Positions 50,646 to 59,977 of a stretch of DNA of 64,000 nt are shown here, piece by piece (the first letter of the stretch is position 1; every line of letters starts with the position of its first letter). A program made the position numbers and the translations under genes. The stretch comes from Spirochaetota bacterium (lineage in GTDB: Bacteria; Spirochaetota; UBA4802; UBA5550). Location of the stretch: contig CAXXHB010000003.1 of the NCBI GenBank assembly GCA_963664815.2, positions 736,001-800,000 of the forward strand. The letters are read 5' to 3'. The notes beneath the pieces are model-generated. The model had not been told where the DNA came from and did no database searches. It saw only the letters and a list, made by a program, of their open reading frames with translations.

Positions 50646-51206
50646 TTATATGTAACTCTTATTAACAAAAAAGATTATAATCAATACAACTGCTGATATC
50701 AAAACTGTAACTCTGATATTTCTTTTAAAACTATCAGATTCCGGAATAAGCTTATTTCTGAAATCATCTCTTACAGAGATCAATGCAACAATTGAAGCTA
50801 TCCCGATCAGTATAAGTGAAAAAAAACTGAATGTTACTGCAAGTCCAATTGATGTTGCAATAAGGACTGCTGCTGATATATATTTTTCCTGATTTTTTTC
50901 TTCTTCATGTTTATCTCCTTTGTTATAAAAGAAACCGGCTGTTACTGAAACAATACATAAAAGAGAAGATGTAACTGCATTTATAAAAATAATATTCTGC
51001 AATTCTGCATCAGCCATCGAAAGATCAAGTCCTGGTATAATGCTTTGGAATATGCCATGTAGAAGCATTGAGGTTATTGAGCCGAATATAAAAAATAACA
51101 GATTCCCGATAATTCCCAGGACTCCGCCTGTTATAGTAAGATAAAGAACTTTTTTTTTCACAGCAATATACCTTCCCGGATTCTTGTTTTTGTTCCCATC
51201 AGCCAC
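50646..51206 (-). CDS. membrane protein, paralog of 34972-35487
   Basis: Shared motifs, about 5 TMs. Confidence 0.75.
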   Translation of the reverse strand: MADGNKNKNPGRYIAVKKKVLYLTITGGVLGIIGNLLFFIFGSITSMLLHGIFQSIIPGLDLSMADAELQNIIFINAVTSSLLCIVSVTAGFFYNKGDKHEEEKNQEKYISAAVLIATSIGLAVTFSFFSLILIGIASIVALISVRDDFRNKLIPESDSFKRNIRVTVLISAVVLIIIFFVNKSYI

Positions 51207-51391
51207 TGTTTGAAGGAGCAGAATAAAACACAGTAATCTCTATACAGAAATCCTCTTATTATATTTACGTTAAACAGCCCATGTGAGTTTGATTTTTCAA
51301 GGCTGGCAGTGAGTGGTGATATAAAAAGAGCAAGAGATACATAAATAATTCGTTTCATGGATGTATTATATGTAATCAGGTGATAAATGCA

Positions 51392-51424
51392 AGAAAAAAA
51401 AGAAACCCCCGGATTGCGGGGGTT
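51392..51424 (-). terminator. intrinsic terminator with no adjacent upstream protein gene
   Basis: Minus strand AACCCCCG-CAATC-CGGGGGTT-TCTTTTTTTT. Confidence 0.75.
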
Positions 51425-51865
51425 GAGAGCAAATCATGAATATGATGCAACTTAAATGGTGATAAACATATATCTTCTTTTTTCATATCAGTCAATCGGG
51501 GGAAGTCTTATTTTTTTGTAAGGAAAACACTTATGTATATTATTAGTGCAGATAAATTTATACTGTTTCTCTGAGAGCGATCCTGTCAATGAATTACCTG
51601 TTAAACCTGTATTAATTTTTTTCTCTGTCATTATCTGTTATTATAAAATATTTTTATTATATTATATAGATTACGGCTAAAAAGATGGGAGAGCTGTATT
51701 AATAAATTTTCTTATTCATTTATGCCGGGCGATTAAGATGATTTAACTGTTATAAAAGCAGTTGATCAAGACTGCTGCTTCCTGAACAGCAGTCTGATAT
51801 TAATGGGTGAATGTTTTGGTTTTCAGCAAAATAAAATTATCAGCAGGATTAACCGGGGTGTTTCT

Positions 51866-52660
51866 ATGTCATCGAGGTTTGGTTACAATGGTAAACAGAC
51901 GATAAAATATCTGCTCTTTGTGTTTCTCTTCTTAACAGTTCACAGCGATCTGTCCGGCGAAGAAGCATTTATTGTCTGCTATGTTGACAGATACCCTTAT
52001 CATTATATGGAAAATGGAATTATCAGGGGAGTTGCAGGTGAAGCTGCAGACTACGCGTTCAGGAAATCAGGTTTTTCCTACAGGTGGCAGGAGACCCCTG
52101 CAAAACGTATGATGGCGATGCTAAAAGATAATGCTGAAAAGGTTGTAATGGTGGGATGGTTCAAAAATTCGGAGAGAGAAAAGATCGGCAGATTTTCAAT
52201 ACCTGTGTACCGTGACAAACATCATATGATAATTTCAAAAACATCAAACGAAATAATAAACAGCAAAAAGTCATTCTCTTCACTGCTTGCTGACAATAGA
52301 TTAACCTTGATTATAAAGGATGGATATTCCTACGGGAAACATCTGGATGAGTTAATAAAAAAAGACCGGACAAATACGCAGAAGGTAACGGTTGATATGG
52401 TGAAAATGGTGCAGATGATTAATTCAGGGAGAGGTGATTACATGTTTTCAACGCAGGAGGAGGGTGAGTATCTTATAAAATCATCAGGAGTGCACAGAAA
52501 AAATGTTGTGCTGAAAACATTTCCAGATTCTCCCCCAGGGGAATTCAGGTATCTTTTCTTCAGTAAAAAAGTAACCGACAGCGAAATTAGAATAATAAAC
52601 AGGTATATCAGGGAATTCAATAACAAGGGGAAACAACAACTCAACTCTGCTCCTCATTAA
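51866..52660 (+). CDS. periplasmic substrate-binding protein (family 3-like)
   Basis: DRYPYHY, P.KR, WFKNSERE...FS.P.Y, GYSYG, GRGDY. Confidence 0.8.
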   Translation: MSSRFGYNGKQTIKYLLFVFLFLTVHSDLSGEEAFIVCYVDRYPYHYMENGIIRGVAGEAADYAFRKSGFSYRWQETPAKRMMAMLKDNAEKVVMVGWFKNSEREKIGRFSIPVYRDKHHMIISKTSNEIINSKKSFSSLLADNRLTLIIKDGYSYGKHLDELIKKDRTNTQKVTVDMVKMVQMINSGRGDYMFSTQEEGEYLIKSSGVHRKNVVLKTFPDSPPGEFRYLFFSKKVTDSEIRIINRYIREFNNKGKQQLNSAPH

Positions 52661-54860
52661 GTATTGAACTTAGCTTCTTTGAAAGCTGAAAAATTGAAAA
52701 TGGTTTAACGATAAAATCTTTAACGCCGGCTTTTTTTACATTTTCAATAAGTTCATTTGAATAAAGTCCGGAAGTCATCAGGATTTTTATTTCCGGGTTT
52801 TGCTTCATCAGATCAATTAGCGCTTCGTATCCCGATTTGACCGGCATTACCATATCCAGTATTACTGCCCGGATGATACCGGCGTTCTCACGGTATAGTT
52901 TAACAGCGTCTTCTCCGTTTGATCCGGTTATGAAAGAGTAACCGCATTCGGCAAGAATTGAACATGTAATATTACGCATAGATTCCTCGTCATCGACAAC
53001 AAGTATTGTCCCTTCACCGGTAAATATTGACTTACCGGCTGTTTTTTCAGCTTCTGATACATTTTCACTGCAGGCCGGAAGGTAAATAGAAAACACCGTG
53101 CCAATACCGATTTCCGAATACACATCAATAAATCCATGATGAGCCTTGATAATGGAGTATACTATTGAAAGCCCCAGGCCGGTACCTTTAACTGTTGTCT
53201 GGATTTTTGTAGTGAAAAATGGATCAAATATTTTAAGAAGTGTATTTTTATCCATCCCTGTTCCTGTATCTTTCACACTTACACGCCAGTAATCCCCTGG
53301 TATGGCTTCAGGGTGTGATTCAATAAAGAAACGGTCAGAAATTGTTTTTATAATTTCAATATCCAGGTGACCGCCCTGGTGTTCTTCAGGTTTTCTCATA
53401 ATTGTCATTGAATGAGCAGCGTTAATACAGAGATTAAGGAGTACCTGGTGTATCTGTGAATTGCTCATCATCGCATACGCTTCTTTTGCATGTTTCTTTA
53501 TGGAAATGGTGATGGATTTATCGAAGGATTTTATACAGATTTCCCCGATCTGATCAATAACTTCATTGATATCGTGAGGTTTGAGTTCAAAATCAGAATC
53601 TTTTTTTGATAAATTCATAAGCTGCGACGCTATTGCTGCTCCGTTCTCACAGCTTTTCTCTACAAGATCAAGGTCTCTGCTTAAGTCCTCAGGTTTTTTA
53701 ATTTTACCCTGTATAATTTTAAATTTCAGCAGGGAAGCTGTAGCTAGTATGCCTCCGAGAATATTGTTGAAGTCATGCGCCACTCCACCTGCCAGAAGGC
53801 CTATACTTTCCATTTTCTGGATGTGCCGGATCTGTTCATCCTTTTTCTGCAGTTCAGTTATATCATCAATCCTGAGCACCAGACTCTCAGAATGTTCATG
53901 TCGCAGCATGAAAATGAAGATATTAAACAGCATATCATCATAACCGGGCAGAGATATACGATAGAGAGAATAAGGTTTATCAAAGGAAATAAATTCTTTT
54001 ATATTCAGTAAAAAGACTGCAATTTCCGGTTTTATATCTTTTAAAAATCTCCCCGGGGCTTTTTCTGTTGTAATACCCATAAACTGGCCAGCTAGCCTGT
54101 TGCATTCAATTATTTTCCATTCATGGTCAAACTGAATAATTATTGAAGGCATGAATTCAATAATGGATTTTATTGAAGATATGCTCTCCTTGACCTTATA
54201 CATCATGTTGTTAAAATTTTCTGCAAGCTTACCGATTTCATCGTTGCTATCAACGGAAATACTATTAGACATATCGCCGCAGGATATTTTATCAACTACA
54301 GCCAGCATTTCATCCAGAGGTTTTATAACTCTCTTTGTTATTATCCATATGCTCTGGAGCACTATCAGAAAGGTTACAACAAACAGGCCGATAAGTTTGA
54401 AAATAATTGACAGTAAGATTCGGTTGTATACATCTTTTGTTACTACAAGTTCAAGTTCCCCGAATTTCTGATTGTTTTTCATAATATCTTTTTTTATTGT
54501 AATGCCCTCTGATTTGACAGGTTTGCTATCCAGATTCAGGATAATATCTCCCTTGTCATCAGTAATCCTGATTTTTGCGATCTCGGGATTAGTGTAAAAT
54601 GCCATGCAGGTATCGTTTAAACCCTGCGTGTTGAAATTCCAGATATGGTCAACGCTGCTTAATGCAATAAGTCTGGCATATCTCTCGGAGTTCTCCTGGA
54701 GAGCTCTTTTATTTTGAAGGTTCTGATCAACAAGCAGATATATGGTAAAAACTGCAAAGCATATGAATATAACCATTCCGGCGGGGATTGAAAATTTTTG
54801 CCGGAGGCTGAGACTGTTCATATAAGTCTTTATTTTTTTATTGAATATATTTAAGTCCAT
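52641..54860 (-). CDS. hybrid sensor histidine kinase (HAMP-PAS-HisKA-HATPase-REC)
   Basis: QKMESIGLLAGGVAHDFNNIL, NLCINA, DTGTGM, FDPFFTTK, GTGLGL; REC ILVVDDE, LDMVMP, KPF. Confidence 0.95.
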   Translation of the reverse strand: MDLNIFNKKIKTYMNSLSLRQKFSIPAGMVIFICFAVFTIYLLVDQNLQNKRALQENSERYARLIALSSVDHIWNFNTQGLNDTCMAFYTNPEIAKIRITDDKGDIILNLDSKPVKSEGITIKKDIMKNNQKFGELELVVTKDVYNRILLSIIFKLIGLFVVTFLIVLQSIWIITKRVIKPLDEMLAVVDKISCGDMSNSISVDSNDEIGKLAENFNNMMYKVKESISSIKSIIEFMPSIIIQFDHEWKIIECNRLAGQFMGITTEKAPGRFLKDIKPEIAVFLLNIKEFISFDKPYSLYRISLPGYDDMLFNIFIFMLRHEHSESLVLRIDDITELQKKDEQIRHIQKMESIGLLAGGVAHDFNNILGGILATASLLKFKIIQGKIKKPEDLSRDLDLVEKSCENGAAIASQLMNLSKKDSDFELKPHDINEVIDQIGEICIKSFDKSITISIKKHAKEAYAMMSNSQIHQVLLNLCINAAHSMTIMRKPEEHQGGHLDIEIIKTISDRFFIESHPEAIPGDYWRVSVKDTGTGMDKNTLLKIFDPFFTTKIQTTVKGTGLGLSIVYSIIKAHHGFIDVYSEIGIGTVFSIYLPACSENVSEAEKTAGKSIFTGEGTILVVDDEESMRNITCSILAECGYSFITGSNGEDAVKLYRENAGIIRAVILDMVMPVKSGYEALIDLMKQNPEIKILMTSGLYSNELIENVKKAGVKDFIVKPFSIFQLSKKLSSILNEEQS

Positions 54861-55503
54861 AAATGTTTCCGGTTAATTTAACGGCAGACCGCCAGTCTAT
54901 CTCCTTTTTTTACTTTAATACTTCATCGATTGTATTATAATATACTGTTTAATCAGGTATTAAAAAAATATTTTTAAACTCGTAAGCGTTTTATAAAATA
55001 ACAATCACGGATATATGCCTTATTTATATTATAAGCAAAGAAGTAGCACATTTCGACATCGTGAGGCGTATGTTACTGCTGCAGAGCTAAGTGCTGACAG
55101 TACAGATGACGGACTTCCCGACCTGTGAATCAGGAGAGGAGATTGTTTTATAAGAATTGTAAAATGTTTTTTTACTCAAAATTTACATTAAGAAAATTCA
55201 TATTTAATTGACTTACAAGCGGTCGGCGGTTCATGTTGTTTCGGGAAGAAATTATATAAAAAAGTATGTTTAATTAAATTTAGTACTTTATTTTACTGCA
55301 TAGACTGCATTTTTCATAAATACAGGTTTTTTATATAGAACATTTATGAATATACATAGCATAAGATTTATTTACATGTTTAAACAGGTATACTCATCAC
55401 AGATTCTGCTGCCGTAGATTTTATTTACAGTTTAAAAGGTCCGGCAGGTAAATCTGTTTTTATAATTACTCCCATCTGGTAATTTATTGATGGATGGTTT
55501 ACT

Positions 55504-57570
55504 ATGGCAGTGATTAAAAGTTTATTCCTAAAAAAGAATCGCGAAGATGTAAATGATTCTATGTTGGCAACTGAAAATGAATTTTCAAATGAGGCTGAAA
55601 AGGCGCCGTCAATCAGTGTCCTCAGCCTGAATTCCTCGCAAATCAATCCTGGTACTCTGAAGGAGTTGTATTCAGAGGATGAAGCTCCTCAGCTTGTTAT
55701 CGGGTTTGTATCCCCGCATCTTGATTTCCGGATGATAAGTTCAAAAATCGGCAGTGCACTACCAGATGTAAAAAATATTCTGCTCTGTACTACAGCGGGC
55801 GAGCTTTCCTGTGACGGCTCCGGCACTACAACAGCATATCATGATACAGGAGACAGGTGGGACAGTGTAGTGCTTCAGGGGTTCAACGGAGAGATATTTG
55901 ATAAAGTGGTTTTAAAAGCTATACCGCTTTTTTCAGAGGATATAAGGTCGGGAAGAGTAACGCGTACTATTCAGGAGAGAATTGATCTTATATCGGGTGA
56001 GCTGAAGAAAATTGATCTCCCCTTCAGGATTCACTATGAAGATACAATTGCCTTTACGCTTATTGACGGTCTTTCAAACAGCGAAAGTTTTTTCATGGAG
56101 GCTGTCTATAATTCAGGAATTCTCCCATGTCTCTTTGTAGGAGGTTCAGCCGGAGGGAAGCTGGATTTTAAAAATACATATATATACTGCAACGGTAAGG
56201 TTTATGAAAACCATGCGGTAATATCATTCATGAAATTAAAACAGGGAATAAAATTCGGAATTCTTAAATCCCAGAATTTTGAGAAGACCGGTACTAAATT
56301 CATGATTCTTGAATCGGATACAGCGAAGAGGTTCGTAAAAACGGTTTATAACCCTTCTGAAAAGACTGTGACAAATTTTGTTGATGAACTATGCTCGTGC
56401 TTTAAATGCAGGCCTGAAAATCTGGACGGAAAACTGAATGACTATACATTTGGTATAGAAATTGACGGTGAATTATATGTACGATCTGTATCCGGCATAG
56501 ATATAAAAGAAAAACAGGTGAATTTTTACTGTGACGTTTCAAAGGGTGATGAACTTTTTCTCATTAAAAAAACAGACTTTGTTGATACAACACGGAGAGA
56601 CTTCGAAAAATTTGTCAGCGAAAAAGAAGGTTATGCCGAGCCGATCGGCGCACTGCTTAATGACTGTATTCTACGAAGGCTGAATAATATGAATCTGCTG
56701 GGCAGGGTTACTCATTTCAGCAAAATACCGGCAGCGGGATTTTCAACATTCGGTGAGCTTCTTGGCGTTAACATAAATCAGACCCTCACTGCCATATTCT
56801 TTTTCAGGGAACTGGCCGCCGGTAAATTCCGTGATTACTACGTTGATACTTTTGTTCATCAGTATTCATGTTTTAAGGATTATTTTAACAGCCGGAGAAT
56901 CAATCAGCTGGAGCAGATTAATGCTATAAGGAAAAACATGTTTGATACTGTCGATTCAAGAATATCAATGGTTAAACAGAGTGTAGACAATTTCGGGAAG
57001 ATCCGGAATTTCTCTGACAGCGTTCATGGCGATCTCACTGCTGTAAATAACCAGTTCAGGGACTTTCTGAAGGGTGTAACAAGCACATCCGGTTCGTATA
57101 CCACTCTTGCTGAGGGGGCCAGAGGTATGGAGACATCTGCGGGGCAGGTTAAATCAATACTCGATGTTATAGCGGAGCTTTCTGACCAGACTAACATGCT
57201 TGCATTGAATGCAGCGATAGAGGCAGCCAGGGCAGGAGATCAGGGACGCGGTTTTGCTGTTGTTGCTGATGAAGTAAAAAAACTTGCCGACAGTACACAG
57301 GCTCAGCTTAAAGAGAGTAACACGGTCATAAATGGAATAACTGATCAGATTAAAAAGATAAGCCTTGCCATTGCCTCGCTGAACAGTCAGATGGATCAGG
57401 TAGTTAAGAACAGCTCGTCAATAGATCAGGAAATTACAAGTCTAATGGAGAATTCAGTTTCCATACAGAAAGACTCGGCAGTAATCCTGGAACTTTTAAA
57501 CAGTCTTCTTTTTCTAATAGGTGAGATGGACAATATGAAAAATCTTGAGAGTAAACTGATGGTTGTATAG
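55504..57570 (+). CDS. cytoplasmic chemoreceptor with FIST sensor domains
   Basis: No TM; CTTAGE, LIDGLS, FVGGSAG, DCILRR, GFSTFGE; [17 protein letters not shown]. Confidence 0.9.
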   Translation: MAVIKSLFLKKNREDVNDSMLATENEFSNEAEKAPSISVLSLNSSQINPGTLKELYSEDEAPQLVIGFVSPHLDFRMISSKIGSALPDVKNILLCTTAGELSCDGSGTTTAYHDTGDRWDSVVLQGFNGEIFDKVVLKAIPLFSEDIRSGRVTRTIQERIDLISGELKKIDLPFRIHYEDTIAFTLIDGLSNSESFFMEAVYNSGILPCLFVGGSAGGKLDFKNTYIYCNGKVYENHAVISFMKLKQGIKFGILKSQNFEKTGTKFMILESDTAKRFVKTVYNPSEKTVTNFVDELCSCFKCRPENLDGKLNDYTFGIEIDGELYVRSVSGIDIKEKQVNFYCDVSKGDELFLIKKTDFVDTTRRDFEKFVSEKEGYAEPIGALLNDCILRRLNNMNLLGRVTHFSKIPAAGFSTFGELLGVNINQTLTAIFFFRELAAGKFRDYYVDTFVHQYSCFKDYFNSRRINQLEQINAIRKNMFDTVDSRISMVKQSVDNFGKIRNFSDSVHGDLTAVNNQFRDFLKGVTSTSGSYTTLAEGARGMETSAGQVKSILDVIAELSDQTNMLALNAAIEAARAGDQGRGFAVVADEVKKLADSTQAQLKESNTVINGITDQIKKISLAIASLNSQMDQVVKNSSSIDQEITSLMENSVSIQKDSAVILELLNSLLFLIGEMDNMKNLESKLMVV

Positions 57571-57711
57571 TAATTTCAGGGGGTTGTCCTGTTCAGCAGG
57601 TGATACCTCCTGGTTATTTTATCAGAAAGCAGATACCGGAGACATCAGGTTTTAGTTGATTTTTCTCAGATGTTTATTGAACTTTATTTATGGCAAAAAG
57701 ATCATCCATAA

Positions 57712-58821
57712 TTAATTCCAGTTAAATCCCTCTTCGCGAAAAAGGCTGATGCATGCATCAACAACACAGGGTTCATACTTAATCCCCCTGTTTGTTTTTA
57801 TTTCATCAAGAGCCAGTTCCACTCCCGGTGATATTCTGAATGGCCTGTTTGTCCCCATTGCCTCAACTACATCAGCAACACTTAATATTTTTGCCTCGAT
57901 CATTATATCATTCTTTTCGAGACCGAAAGGATATCCGCTTCCGTCAATTCTTTCATGATGCTGCAGAACAATTGAAGCGATCGGCCAGGGAAATTCTATA
58001 TCCTTGAGAATTTCAAATCCGATACGTGGATGCATTTTTATAACATTTAATGCCTCTTCGGAAAGTTGTCCCGGTTTTGTTAAAAATTCACTGGGTACAG
58101 ATATTTTCCCTATATCATGGAGATCCCCTGCTATCATAATGCTTTCAATAGTGGTGTCATCGAGACCGATTTTTTTTGCTATTGAAACTGCAAGTTTCGA
58201 AACGCGCTGCTGATGCCCCACTGTATAAGGGTCACGCATTTCAAGTGCTGATGTAAGGGAATTTACAGTCTGAAGAAACAGTCTGTTAGAAAGCTCAGAT
58301 TTTTCCTTATATTGGCTCGTCCTGATCTGAACAGTTTCCTCCAGCTCCAGGTTAAGAAATTTCATTTCGTCTCTGCTCTTGGTCAGTTCTTTATTCGCTA
58401 AAAAAAGATCCCTGTTTTTTTCGATAAGTTCCTGCTGAAGAAGGGTTATTTCGTTTGCACTTTGCTGAAGAGCCTGCCTGAAAAGATTCTCATTTGTCAC
58501 ATCTTTGATAACTGCAATTGCTTCGTTTTTGTTTTCATAATGAATAAAATAAAGATTAAAAATGATTTCTGTTTCTTCTACCCTGTTAATCCCGATAATA
58601 CGAAACTCATTTTTTTCCCCTGAAATAACCCTGTATATATCATCTTCATATCCGATTACTTCCTGAAAAATTTCTGTTAAATCAAATTTTGTTCTGTTTC
58701 TATCCAGATCCAGATAAGAATAAATTTTATCATGATCAAAATGAATTTCCATATCTCTGTTAACAAACCCGTAATATAAACCGAACCTGTTAAATAGAAA
58801 CATCAGAAATTCATTATTCAT
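57712..58821 (-). CDS. PAS-like/coiled-coil HD-GYP cyclic di-nucleotide phosphodiesterase
   Basis: RDPYTVGHQQRV, LHDIGKI, HHERIDGSGYP, VADVVEAM. Confidence 0.93.
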   Translation of the reverse strand: MNNEFLMFLFNRFGLYYGFVNRDMEIHFDHDKIYSYLDLDRNRTKFDLTEIFQEVIGYEDDIYRVISGEKNEFRIIGINRVEETEIIFNLYFIHYENKNEAIAVIKDVTNENLFRQALQQSANEITLLQQELIEKNRDLFLANKELTKSRDEMKFLNLELEETVQIRTSQYKEKSELSNRLFLQTVNSLTSALEMRDPYTVGHQQRVSKLAVSIAKKIGLDDTTIESIMIAGDLHDIGKISVPSEFLTKPGQLSEEALNVIKMHPRIGFEILKDIEFPWPIASIVLQHHERIDGSGYPFGLEKNDIMIEAKILSVADVVEAMGTNRPFRISPGVELALDEIKTNRGIKYEPCVVDACISLFREEGFNWN

Positions 58822-59342
58822 TTTATTTTACCTTTGTATATGGCAAGACTCAGTTCATTAAATAAATTATCGATATTAAGCCCGTCTTTGGCGCTTGTTG
58901 CTATAATGGAATTTATATTTTTTTCTTTCAGGTTTTTTTTTGCAAGAGCCAGTTGTTCCCCTGAATTTTCCACAAGATCAGACTTGTTCAATGCAACAAA
59001 AAGATTTATACCCGGATCAACACTCTGCAGGAGATCCGCATGCTCGGATATATTTTCAATTGTGTTTTTTCTGGTAAGATCAGCGACAATTATTCCTGCC
59101 GAAGATCCTTTTATATATTCAGACGATATTTTAGTAAATTTATCACCACCGGCAATATCCCATAATAAAAGATCCGCCTTTACAGATTCATTTATTATAA
59201 CTTCTTTTTTTGTTACTTTTACTCCGATTGTTGTCAGATATGTATCACTGAATTCATCGTAGACGAAACGGCGGACAAGGCTTGTTTTTCCTACGGCAAA
59301 ATCTCCAACCATTACAATCTTCCATTTATAGTTCAAACCCAT
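58818..59342 (-). CDS. Rab-like small GTPase (Ras superfamily)
   Basis: G1 GDFAVGKTS, G2 TTIG, G3 WDIAG, G4 NKSD, G5 TSAK; 174 aa. Confidence 0.93.
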   Translation of the reverse strand: MGLNYKWKIVMVGDFAVGKTSLVRRFVYDEFSDTYLTTIGVKVTKKEVIINESVKADLLLWDIAGGDKFTKISSEYIKGSSAGIIVADLTRKNTIENISEHADLLQSVDPGINLFVALNKSDLVENSGEQLALAKKNLKEKNINSIIATSAKDGLNIDNLFNELSLAIYKGKIK

Positions 59343-59448
59343 TTATTTCACCATATTCCGGGAACCAGATAACCTGATCATATTGTTCTTTAATCTTCAA
59401 CTTTTTTTCAATCAGTAAATATTGTTTACTGAATATAATTAACAAAAA

Positions 59449-59919
59449 TTAATACCGGAAATAGTTAATAATGCTTATCCAGAGGAGTAATACAATTTCG
59501 GAAAGAGTTTTGCGCCGGATAAGTTCACTATTTTTCAGGATAATTTCATTTTTTCTCTGCTGAAGCTTTCTGAGGGAGAGACACCCTTCAGTTACATCTT
59601 CAATAATAATAAAGGCGGAATTCTCCTTCCCGGGATTGCTTAAAAAATGCAGGTTGAAGAAAATTTCATTCTTTAATGTTCTGTTAATTGTATTTAAACT
59701 GAATCTTTCTGTCTTCTTAAAGATTACATTTAAAATTTCATCTTCCAGACCGTAAATTTCCGGGAAAAAATCTGTTATTATTTCATTTTTCACCGATTCT
59801 GTAATTTCCAGATAAACCTGTATTTTTTTATCAGTAAAAGAAAGGATTAAAGATGAATTAATAGTTGCATAATAAATTCCTGATTTACTGTTTAATATTT
59901 CTAAAGCGTAATTCAGCAT
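59449..59919 (-). CDS. stand-alone PAS-like protein
   Basis: Colinear similarity to the N-terminus of 57712-58821 (FPEIYGLEDEI, INR, FNL.F, EDVT, LQQ..NEI.L); AGAGG RBS. Confidence 0.75.
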   Translation of the reverse strand: MLNYALEILNSKSGIYYATINSSLILSFTDKKIQVYLEITESVKNEIITDFFPEIYGLEDEILNVIFKKTERFSLNTINRTLKNEIFFNLHFLSNPGKENSAFIIIEDVTEGCLSLRKLQQRKNEIILKNSELIRRKTLSEIVLLLWISIINYFRY

Positions 59920-59977
59920 TCAGTAACCTCTGTTGTTTAATTCACTCGTGATCTGATATTTAAAACCGGTTAAACAG

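Noticed and set aside
51158-51358. 66-aa ORF with a signal-peptide-like start
   Set aside because: No RBS, overlaps the next gene out of frame, no motif; could be a leaderless remnant but is unsupported
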